From contig NC_091289.1 in the NCBI RefSeq assembly GCF_032444005.1, forward strand, positions 121,024,001-121,088,000: a DNA stretch of 64,000 nt. The letters are read 5' to 3'. Positions within the stretch are counted from its first letter, which is position 1. Each line of letters begins with the position of its first letter. The notes below the pieces were generated by a model, which saw only the letters and a program-made list of their open reading frames with translations, had not been told where the DNA came from and searched no databases. The position numbers were made by a program, and so were the translations under genes. Positions 49,601 through 54,273 of this stretch are shown here, piece after piece. Source of the stretch: Ranitomeya imitator (Eukaryota).

Positions 49601-49764
49601 GATGACACAACTGCTAGAATTAGATGTGCATAATGTCTCTTGTCCAAGAGTGGATTTTGCAGACGCCAGATATGAAGTAGCTCCAATACTTAATTTCCAG
49701 GATAATAAAGCACTCCCCAGATTGCTGTTATACTGAATGGTGACATCTTGAGGAGAATCCAGCC
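663..49764 (-). CDS. Partial multi-exon gene: long FNDC7-family protein with at least 14 tandem Cys-rich FN3 domains; 5' and 3' ends lie outside the window
   Basis: 14 exons of 255-267 nt, each flanked by canonical AG/GT, all phase 1-1 and stop-free, so they splice into one frame. Each shows the FN3 pattern (A/V)PCxP..V..W....GA..Y......C......C....L.CG..Y.V.V.A. Many N-x-S/T sequons suggest an extracellular protein. Family assignment is from recalled similarity to the Cys-rich FN3 repeats of FNDC7; orthology is not established. Confidence 0.9.
1821..2156. mobile_element. Fully palindromic TTAA-flanked MITE (T2/Kolobok-like, AGGG termini)
   Basis: TTAA|AGGGAC...GTTCCCT|TTAA; the arms are complementary along nearly their whole length, centre about 1990. 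Confidence 0.9.
2339..2684 (-). mobile_element. Tc1 deletion derivative
   Basis: 24-bp TIRs CAGCTCT(A/G)GCAAAAATTAAGAGAC with TA flanks. The internal minus strand encodes WAAQSPDLNPIENLWNVIKR, the Tc1 catalytic-Glu motif. A related fragment lies at about 1540-1720. Confidence 0.9.
2710..4195. mobile_element. Non-autonomous TcMar (Tc2/pogo-like, CCGTA terminus) element with internal minisatellite; right end truncated
   Basis: TA|CCGTATATACTCGAGTATAAG left TIR; internal segments shared with 9690-11265. Confidence 0.65.
3375..3900. repeat. 39-bp minisatellite, about 13 copies
   Basis: Unit ggggccatgtgcagcattatatggggcaaatatctctat and variants; it produces the spurious 13-aa-periodic ORFs in the track. 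Confidence 0.93.
4587..4612. repeat. (TA)n microsatellite
   Basis: Direct reading. Confidence 0.9.
5057..5148. mobile_element. Very short (~90 bp) TTAA-flanked T2-like MITE
   Basis: TTAA|AGGGATTTTCC...GGAAAATCCCT|TTAA. Confidence 0.7.
5393..5870. mobile_element. Harbinger-type MITE
   Basis: GGCGGTTTCACACGTC / GACGTGTGAGACTGGCC termini with TAA/TTA flanks. Confidence 0.75.
6197..6457 (-). CDS. FN3 exon 13 (261 nt): VPCVPGHVQADINCGSNVVTVSW...LSCGLRLEASVAAVGNTCTSDFSGSVPFYT
   Basis: ctttcag|TTCCCTGT acceptor and ACAG|gtttgc donor. Confidence 0.91.
6892..7311. mobile_element. Harbinger-type MITE; an oppositely oriented relative lies at ~28535-28948
   Basis: GGCTACTATCACACTT / AAGTGTGAAAGTAGCC termini; internal blocks match 28540-28948 in reverse complement. 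Confidence 0.78.
7370..9690. mobile_element. Internal fragments of the same large piggyBac-like non-autonomous repeat family
   Basis: Recurring blocks (gtcaccattttggaaagtag, gagtacgctgatacccc, aatgttattttagcccc) also seen in 14800-15900; termini not identified. Confidence 0.55.
9690..11265. mobile_element. Second copy of the Tc2-like element (right TIR ...ATACTCGAGTATATACGG|TA) carrying the CR1 insertion
   Basis: Shares the gaagacacagcggc...gagaggtgagtat and caatatggatattcaaaaacacttaacctactg blocks with 2710-4195. Confidence 0.7.
10111..11053 (+). mobile_element. 5'-truncated CR1 LINE (ORF2 C-terminus and 3' UTR)
   Basis: LQDDLCKLEAWADKWQMSFNGDKCKVMHLG...EKDLGV...LERVQRRATK...LGLFSLEK*RLRGD; ends in an ACTATGTAACTAT-type tail. 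Confidence 0.92.
11601..11805. mobile_element. Tc1/mariner-type MITE
   Basis: Perfect 29-bp TIRs CAGGGTGGGCCATTTATATGGATACACCT; TA on the right flank. Confidence 0.82.
13176..13921 (-). mobile_element. Solo LTR of a sushi-type Gypsy element
   Basis: TGTCATGA...CCACAACA termini similar to the LTRs at 54274 and 59300. Flanked by the direct repeat GATGTG (13170-13175 and 13922-13927), or 4-bp GATG if the LTR starts 2 nt earlier. Confidence 0.85.
13956..16006. mobile_element. Non-autonomous piggyBac-like element
   Basis: TTAA|CCCCTTT...AAAGGG|TTAA; no transposase; shares internal blocks with 7370-9690 and 17480-18637. Confidence 0.7.
16410..17356. mobile_element. Solo LTR-like element related to the one at 35852
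   Basis: TGTAGGGG...GCCACA termini and similar AT-rich-then-purine-rich layout; no clear TSD. Confidence 0.45.
17480..18641. mobile_element. Fragment of the piggyBac-like family ending in AAGGGG|TTAA
   Basis: Right terminus at 18632-18641; internal similarity to 7370-7800 and 15450-15800. Confidence 0.55.
18063..18224. mobile_element. hAT MITE (palindromic, CAGGGG termini)
   Basis: Perfect 8-bp TSD CTTTACAG (18055-18062, 18225-18232). Confidence 0.93.
18914..19085. repeat. Degenerate ~32-bp minisatellite, about 5 copies
   Basis: ccctgggcta....gcagccagccacacacca-type units. Confidence 0.7.
19777..20037 (-). CDS. FN3 exon 12 (261 nt): APCQPHNLAADTNCSSSVIRLSW...LPCGQAYDVTVTAVNDWCESAPSSPSALYT
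   Basis: atttcag|CTCCCTGT acceptor and ACAG|gtatat donor; 122-nt intron to exon 11. Confidence 0.93.
20160..20420 (-). CDS. FN3 exon 11 (261 nt): APCITVMETPQLNCYNNSASMSW...LQCGQIYHATVTAINQQCTGPAAIPVTLTT
   Basis: ttttcag|CTCCTTGT acceptor and ACTG|gtaagt donor. Confidence 0.93.
20472..20782. mobile_element. hAT MITE (TAGTGATGAGCGAATATAC TIRs)
   Basis: 8-bp TSD GTGGTGGG (20464-20471, 20783-20790); same TIR class as the 39314-43358 element. Confidence 0.9.
21030..22760 (-). pseudogene. Degenerate L1 ORF1 with a nearby polyA-like 3' end; no ORF2
   Basis: Manual translation gives NLEDF*KKNNVKIRGIPK...LEKVFRVRRPSALPSDVETDVIVSFY...FKNLSQETLQKRK...LRKAGIPYNW, matching L1 ORF1p RRM/CTD motifs. AATAAAATTTGTTGGAAAAACAAA lies about 350 bp downstream. 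Confidence 0.65.
22804..23064 (-). CDS. FN3 exon 10 (261 nt): APCTPQNVTANVDCVTNMATIGW...LMCGQKYLVTVSAASKGSSSNASQPIDLHT
   Basis: tcttcag|CTCCTTGT acceptor and ACAG|gtaagg donor. Confidence 0.93.
23236..23496 (-). mobile_element. V-SINE-type tRNA-derived SINE
   Basis: A box TGGCTCAGTGG, degenerate B box, V-domain TGTTTGCGTGGGTTTCCTC...GGTTTCCTCCCAC and AT-rich tail. Confidence 0.8.
23725..23979 (-). CDS. FN3 exon 9 (255 nt): APCTPTNLISLAGAEVVDVSW...LMCGSQYSVTVTANGAYCSSNSSHTHSFQT
   Basis: cccccag|CACCCTGC acceptor and ACAG|gtgagg donor. Confidence 0.93.
24115..24375 (-). CDS. FN3 exon 8 (261 nt): APCSPQNVTAEVDCVTNIVAVSW...LSCGQKSVITVSAANNYSDSKASSAIELLT
   Basis: tctacag|CACCATGT acceptor and ACTG|gtgagt donor. 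Confidence 0.93.
24530..24962. repeat. Two tandem copies of a 208-bp unit
   Basis: ctcctgtcca recurs at 24536, 24744 and 24952; the copies differ by scattered substitutions. Confidence 0.9.
25363..25617 (-). CDS. FN3 exon 7 (255 nt): VPCTPSNLESQVGAEVVNISW...LMCGSQYSMAVTAYGQYCNSNRSYTKTFQT
   Basis: ttttcag|TGCCCTGT acceptor and ACAG|gtcaga donor. Confidence 0.92.
25893..26296. mobile_element. Palindromic PIF/Harbinger-type MITE
   Basis: About 60-bp TIRs GGTACC(A/G)TCTCACAGTGGCACTTTGGTCGCTACGACGGCACGATCCGTGACG; TAA/TAA 3-bp flanks. Confidence 0.85.
26701..26871. mobile_element. Right half only of the same MITE family as 1821-2156
   Basis: Matches about 1990-2156 (ttgccttg...caggtgacaggttccctttaa). 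Confidence 0.85.
27517..27783 (-). CDS. FN3 exon 6 (267 nt): APCKPTDVSAKSMCANGTTQILW...TECGEVYHATVTAVGSSCQTLSSAFSVEP
   Basis: tttacag|CGCCTTGC acceptor and CCAG|gtacca donor. Confidence 0.9.
28535..28948. mobile_element. Harbinger-type MITE, same family as 6892-7311, left TIR eroded
   Basis: Right end GTGTGAAAGTAGCC|TTA. Confidence 0.72.
29211..29688. mobile_element. T2-like palindromic MITE
   Basis: (G)TAA|AGGGAATCTGTCAC...TTACCT|TTTAA with imperfectly complementary arms. Confidence 0.65.
30693..31294 (-). CDS. SGNH/GDSL-type hydrolase ORF of the Ngaro element; no ATG, preceded by a splice acceptor
   Basis: Motif blocks IFGHSY (I), LGFRG (II), LHVGGKDL (III; usually GGND) and DGVHL (V). 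Acceptor tttttgtttttcag|GTCGCC at 31295/31294; stop at 30693-30695. Confidence 0.85.
31358..32293 (-). CDS. Tyrosine recombinase of the Ngaro element (open 311-aa ORF)
   Basis: Catalytic set present: FRVGE (R), SKSD (K), HSFR (HxxR), GRW (W), SYVRP (Y). Confidence 0.92.
   Translation of the reverse strand: MPCGTLASGIRDAEALIKASLAPRTWEAYQAIWRKWEDLFLAAHSGSSQEDQVGVLLPWLSRGASVGWSSSKVSRVLAALAFGFKLRGLCDITKSFLVQRAVKGFRRRPEKKDSRRPVSFKVLEKLGEVLSSLCFSVLELCLFRLAFSLAFFGAFRVGELVSPSTQVSGGILARDVFLSDGHVELWLRRSKSDQEGRGSRILLGSVDGSAMCPVACLRWYWGLQPRRDRSLLCHQDGSCLSHYQFTAVFKREIALLGLDGACFAPHSFRIGAATEAALGGLGAPAIRRIGRWRSSRFRSYVRPQGMVGGDL
32245..34104 (-). pseudogene. Ngaro reverse transcriptase + RNase H with a premature stop near 32653
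   Basis: VSPLGVVPKKE..KFRLIQHLS, KTDIESAFRLLP, LPMG and HYLDDFL motifs. RNase H reads FTDAAGGSGFGAYFQGQ*, then LEIFPILVA..CDN..NSIADSLSR. The in-frame TGA sits where Trp is expected. Confidence 0.88.
33803..35655 (-). CDS. Ngaro ORF1 (gag-like), frameshifted in this copy
   Basis: GC-rich low-complexity N-terminus (ORF 34792..35655). It is followed in another frame by a conserved region (YVCFEGPLGAHL, NWLQAFAILASV, WLRYDEQFRQRKA) and a zinc finger CWQFNEGQCKFGVNCKFKHLCSHC. Confidence 0.7.
35852..37929. mobile_element. Solo LTR-like element (TGTAGGGG...CCATTACA) containing a nested LTR at ~36478-37507
   Basis: TG...CA ends; the 3' end ccatggctacc.ccc resembles that of the LTR at 49890-52036. 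The inner LTR ends GGGGTGCCACA and is flanked by TTTG/TTTG if it starts at 36478. No TSD for the outer element. Confidence 0.55.
38660..38917 (-). CDS. FN3 exon 5 (258 nt): VPCIPQIVTTELICYENTILVTWMEDTGN...ISCGQPFSVSVDANNGQCVSSSNQSAPLLS
   Basis: tttgcag|TTCCCTGT acceptor and TCAG|gtaaag donor. Confidence 0.92.
39314..43358 (-). mobile_element. hAT DNA transposon deletion derivative (~4.0 kb) with BED zinc-finger remnant
   Basis: TIRs TAGTGTTGATCGAATA / TATTCGCTCATCACTA and perfect 8-bp TSD GTCACGTT (39306-39313, 43359-43366). Minus-strand SPVWQFF...VICSIC...TTSMQKHMAAKH is a BED finger. No recognisable DDE core. Confidence 0.88.
40891..41196 (-). repeat. Two near-identical in-frame 153-bp copies, each encoding a BED zinc-finger core
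   Basis: Unit starts recur at 40891, 41044 and 41197. The unit encodes TVICSICQTKLRRGKDTANLSTTSMQKHMAAKHLSRWAEHLGTKSVSEGET (51 aa). Confidence 0.92.
43984..44363. mobile_element. Harbinger-type MITE
   Basis: GGCCTCGTCCAGACGTC / GACGTCTGAACGAGGCC termini with TTA/TTA TSD. Confidence 0.82.
44434..44694 (-). CDS. FN3 exon 4 (261 nt): VPCAPEKISALTDCQTQSTLVQW...LACSQTYTVYVIADNFQCMSPYRPTVEVKA
   Basis: ttacag|TTCCCTGT acceptor and GCAG|gtgagc donor. Confidence 0.93.
47402..47662 (-). CDS. FN3 exon 3 (261 nt): APCDPQNVVAIAQCSDNTVEVSW...LQCGESLSVTVIAYDEDCHSMSSAPEAVVT
   Basis: aattcag|CGCCTTGT acceptor and ACAG|gtattt donor; within ORF 47346..47753. Confidence 0.93.
47735..47926. mobile_element. hAT MITE related to 18063-18224, inside the short intron between exons 2 and 3
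   Basis: Perfect 8-bp TSD GTCTACAT (47727-47734, 47927-47934); palindromic. Confidence 0.93.
47974..48234 (-). CDS. FN3 exon 2 (261 nt): APCAPQNVTVIRDCQINTVSLYW...LLCGTEYELSVFAFNGKVNGSKSQGIKVRT
   Basis: ttatag|CTCCGTGT acceptor and ACAG|gtgagt donor; overlaps ORF 47966..48214. Confidence 0.93.
48925..49155 (+). mobile_element. 5'-truncated V-SINE-type SINE
   Basis: B box GGTTCAAATCC, same V-domain, 3' AAAAATAAAGATTAT tail. Confidence 0.8.
49504..49764 (-). CDS. FN3 exon 1 in window (261 nt): LDSPQDVTIQYNSNLGSALLSWKLSIGATSYL...CTSNSSSCVIQNLQCEQTYNVSIIALINGCISNSSETLTLET
   Basis: Acceptor ttaccag|GGCTGGAT and donor ACAG|gtaatt; open frame. Not in the supplied ORF track; translated manually. 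Confidence 0.88.
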
Positions 49765-50117
49765 CTGGTAAATAATAGATATAATATTCATTTTTTTATT
49801 TACTTGTAAAAAGTCATAAAAGTCAAATCATCCCTATCAATGCACTGAGAAACTCATGGTAGTATTAATAATGCTTATTTTCATACTGCTGTAAGGAGAC
49901 GGCGGAGACCCTTGGCTGCTCCCTCACTCCTTCCCCGATGTAGTCCCCCCATGCGGTGTTATGACAGTAGTTTCTGCCTTAATGTGTTAGTGCTGTGTCT
50001 GCATTGTCCTAATATGCATTGTTTTGCAATGTTTTCTATATGTGTTAATGCAATGTCTTATGCTGTGCTTAGGGACAGGAGATAGTTAAGTTAATCCAGG
50101 GGGCTGGGTCAGCAGCC

Positions 50118-51790
50118 TGTTACGCTCACGCTCTGACTGGGTGGTGTGAGCGAGGGGATTGTAGCCCCTGGAAGGGGCGTGACTAAGCAGCTACCTTGGT
50201 GTTCGCTAGAGCCTCTGATGGTGAGGTCAGGCTTGTGCGGCAGGTAGCTGCCGGGTACCACTGCAGTGTGGTGACAGGCTATGGCAGCTGATCCCACTGA
50301 AAGACTTAACACTAATATCAAGTGTCGGCAAGTCGAGCACGACTTGTACTCTGGCAGGCAGGCGGGCACGGCTGGCACTCTGGCAGGCTGGCACTCTGGC
50401 AGGCATGCGGGCACAGCTGGCACTCTGGCAGGCAGGTGGGCACGGCTAGAGGGACTGGATATGGTTCAGGTAGGACAGGAACATAGGCAGGCACATGTGG
50501 GATAAGGGAACAGGTAGGGACTAGTTCAGACTGGAAGGACAGGAACTGCTTCAGGAGACATGGGAACACAGGCTGGAATGAGTAGGATAAGGGAGCAGGT
50601 AGGAACCAGTACAGACTGGAGAGACAAGGACACACAGGGCGCAGAGCAGGCGCAGAGCAAAGCTGCACAATGTGGAGAGCAGAACAGAGCAGCAGGAGAG
50701 ACAGGAGTAGAGCAGAACCGCAAGAGGCAGAGCAAAGACCAGAACCGCTGAAGGCAGAAGAAAGACCAGAACTGCAGGAGGTGGAGCAAAGACCAGAACC
50801 GCAGGAAGCGGAGCAAAGACCAGAACTGCAGGAGGCGAAGCAAAGAGCAGAGCCACAGGAAGCAGAGCAGAGCTGAAGGAGGCAGAGCAAAGAGCAGAGC
50901 CACAGGAAGCAGAGCAAAGAACAGAACCGCAAGAGGTGGAGCAAAGAGCAGAGCCACAGGGAGGTGGAGCAAAAGCAGAGCCACAGGAGGCGGAGCAAAG
51001 AGCAGAGCCACAGGAAGCGGAGCAGAGCCAAAGGTGGCGGGGCAGAGAGCAGAACCACAGGAGGTGGAGCAAAGAGCAGAGCCACAGGAGGCAGAGCAAA
51101 GAACAGAGCCACAGGAGGTGGAGCAAAGAGGAGCAGAGCTACAGGAGGCAGAGCAAAGAACAGAACCCCAGGAGGTGGAGCAAAGAGCAGAGCCACAGGA
51201 GGCGGAGCAAAGAGCAGAAGGAGTGAACACAAGGAAACACACAGCGGAATAGGAAAGGCTACAGACAGGAATATAAACGGACACAGGTATGGGACTAAGT
51301 TCAGACAGGGTCAAGAACAGACAAGGCACAGAAACAAGGACTCAGCCAAGGGTGCGAAGCCCCCCTGGGTGGCTGAAACAAGAGACACAGGTACAGGCCA
51401 GGGTACGAAGCCCCTCTGGGTGGCTGACACAAGAGAAAAAGAAAGGACCTGGTACCTCAGCAGCAAGACACTAACTGAGGAAGTAAGTTTCTCAGGCATC
51501 CCCCTAGAGGTTGGAATGCCTTAAGTACCTGATGCCTCTTGGCAATTGGCAGGGAACACCTTAGCAAGGTGCACACAGTTTCTATAAGAAACAGGAAGTG
51601 CCAGGGCCACCGCCCTAAGCATATAGCCAGGAATTATGCAGCAAGGAAGGACACGAGGCCCAGAGCATGGAGCCAGCAGAGGACAGAACTCATAGAATGG
51701 CTTGTAGTGGTGAGTAAGAGGGGAGATGGGAAGCCATGCAGTGATGCCGGAAGGATTTATTGCCTGTGTGCTGCAGCCGTTGCTGGACAT
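50118..51790. mobile_element. LTR-like insertion inside the LTR at 49890, with a purine-rich ~27-nt minisatellite; right boundary approximate
   Basis: Starts TGTTACG. GAGCCACAGGAGGCGGAGCAAAGAGCA-type units span about 50700-51225. No TSD found. Confidence 0.5.
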
Positions 51791-53181
51791 AGGGACATCT
51801 TAGGAATTGTACCTCTTTCTCTTCATCACCTTCATAAGTTTCCACTATTGGGCCCTACAACATGTAAGGTGTGGTGCATCCGTTCCAGCATTGAGAGGAG
51901 CCAGATGTCTGAGGTAACCCACTGTGACCTGGAGATGGAACTAGAGCTGTTAATTCATGTGCAAAGGGCAGGGGTGCTCACTGACTGTCACCTAGTGAAC
52001 TCGCCCATGGCTACCACCCCGTGCCACCTTGTTACATTTGGTGTTGTCGGCAGGATCAAAAAGGATCTGGAGTTTATGACCGGAGTGGGAGCAGCTGAGA
52101 TGGCATTCCCGGAACCTTTCGCCATTGCTACTGGACGAGAGGCTCAGAGTGACTTTGAGAAGACTCCTGAGCTTTGTGAAGTGTTGACTGCCATGAAGGA
52201 ATTGAAGATGGTGGCTGACAGTGATTTTGAGATGTTGACCAACATGAGAGAGTGAAAGAAGGTGGCTGACAGTGATTTTAAGATGGCGCTGAACATTGGC
52301 AAGAAGACAGCCAGTGGTGCAAAAATGAAGGAAAGTGCCACCTTTCGTGGGTGTCACGTAAGAGATTTGGTGCCGAAAGAAAGAAGGCAGCACCCCGTGG
52401 TGATGGATGCCCACCCAAAATGGGTGCGGGCAAAGAGAGAGCTCCCACCCCTATAGCAGAACTTGGAGAAACGGGTGGAGCAGCAGGAAGTGACTCCACC
52501 TACGAACTGGAGGAGCCCGACAAAGACAGACTACCTGTTGATGGATGAGACGCCATTGCTGGACATGATGGAAAGGCGCAGCACATCTTTCTGCGGTGGC
52601 ATCGGCCACCAGGACTGGAAGCGATCCGTGGCCTGGGTGGAGACAGGCCTGCGTTTCGAGGCCTGGTGGTCAGAGGAGCTGGAAGAATGGCATCCTTTTT
52701 TGCAGCCGGACAAGCGGATGGTGGAGAACGAAGAACCGGCGAGATTGGAGGAGCCGGAACCGGGAGGAGCTCAGAGGATATTGGGCGCTACACTGAGGAG
52801 GATCATTGTGGCCGCAATCACTGGCTTCTGCAGTTGCACAAAAGGACTGTCACCGAACACAGCGGCGGTGAGTAGGAAGTTACCATCTGATCTGCCTACC
52901 ACCCCAACTGCTGCTTCTTCACCTCTTGTGGCCCTGCTCCCATCTCAGTTCGTGCCCCCTCTCTCGAACCCACCGTCATCCCCGGCATCAATGGCACCTA
53001 CGTCCTCCCAGCCCGTGCCTGTCCTCTCCGGCGCCAGTGGAGCGTTGTGAAGGAACCCCGGGCACCTGTTGCAAGAGAGGCTCAGTGGATCTGGAGTGTA
53101 ATATGGGAAAAGTGGAGGGAGCGCTGCACTATCCAGGAACTACAGTGCCCCAGAGGAGGAGCTGTGGCTGGCCAGATGACC

Positions 53182-53367
53182 AGCGATGTGGTCCGGCATC
53201 TTGACCTGGCTAGAGGGTATGGCTTCATTAAGGAGGCCAACACCAGAGAAAAGATCTACATGAATGCTGGGTCTGTTGTCTCTGGAGGTCCCCTGCAATT
53301 AGAGGACCATGTCACATTTGTTAATGAGCAGGGACTCAGAGGGCCATATCCAGTGGCCATGAGGAAG
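53182..53367 (+). CDS. Cold-shock-domain-like segment within ORF 53047..53673
   Basis: SDVVRHLDLARGYGFIKEANTREKIYMNAGSV..LQLEDHVTFVNEQGLRGPYPVAMRK aligns by eye with the CSD consensus GTVKWF...KGFGFI......DVFVH.S....L.EGQ.VEF...G.KGP.A.NV. Confidence 0.7.
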
Positions 53368-54273
53368 GCCTCCAATTGGGAGGCATGTCCACCGCAGGAG
53401 GACCCACAGAGTGAGCGGCTGATTACAATGGTTGCCGCGGATGCAGGTCCTGCAGCTAAGCAGGAGGAAGCGACGCCTGGATTGCATACAGTGGCCGCAG
53501 ATACAGCATCAGCACTGGAAGCTCTGGGGGCCATGGGACCACCGCTGGAGGGGATGCAGAGCAGGAGAAACAGTGGAGACTCCTCCTCCAGTGGATCCTC
53601 ATCCCACACCTATATTGTCGTGCAGGGTCCGCATGCGGCCCATTGCACTAATCAGCGGCCGTGCATTGACTGACGTGGCCCCTTTAAGAAACAAATGTGT
53701 GTCTTGTACCGGTTGTGCCTGAAAAAAAATGTGTAAAGAGACTGTTCCGCGTCTCTTGAAGTTCAAGGAACCCAGTACGGCATCAGGACTGACCTGCCAG
53801 TGGTGGCCAATCCGGTCACGGCTATGAGACTTTGTTTTTCCCCTCCTCCAAGTTTTTTTGCACACGTTAGCGCACCCCTTGCTGGATAATGGCCCTGAAA
53901 ATCTTATGAAGGTTAACTGACTGTGCGTGCAGCTGTTGCAAGGACAGTATTCTCAGATCCCAGAACTTTGTCCCCTCTTTACCTTGGACTGGCCCTCGTT
54001 AAGCACAGAGCGCCTGTTTACTGCTAAGCCCGTGATCTGGTCAAAGGGGAAGGGGAGATCTTGATCGGGAGGACCAGAGGACCGAGCCTGGTCAAGACTG
54101 TAGGATAAGTTGGCCATTGGGCCAGTATGACTGTTTTACAAATCCCAGGAGCAAAGAGACCAGGGTCAGGTAGAACCACTCCAGAAGACTCTGAGACTCC
54201 TTGTCCTGTTCCGACTGTTTTTTTTTATATGTGATGTCTTAACCCTGCGGCGGTCATCATGGTCGGGGATGAC

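Larger units (their letters stand above)
49890..54273 (+). mobile_element. Non-autonomous-looking LTR element: 5' LTR 49890-52036 (containing an insertion), tRNA-Ser-like PBS, degraded ORFs and a cold-shock domain; cut by element 1
   Basis: LTR TGTAAGG...GTTACA, followed at 52039-52056 by TGGTGTTGTCGGCAGGAT (16/18 match to the tRNA-Ser 3'-end complement TGGCGTAGTCGGCAGGAT, recalled). No RT or integrase motifs before 54274. Confidence 0.7.

Noticed and set aside
50318-51524. EPQEAEQRA-repeat and Leu/Cys-rich ORFs on both strands
   Set aside because: By-products of a ~27-nt purine-rich minisatellite in an LTR-like insert; open in several frames with no splice or start context.
51539-53050. ORFs between the PBS and the CSD as a canonical gag
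   Set aside because: No capsid or zinc-knuckle motif is recognisable by eye and there are several stops and frameshifts; left unassigned.
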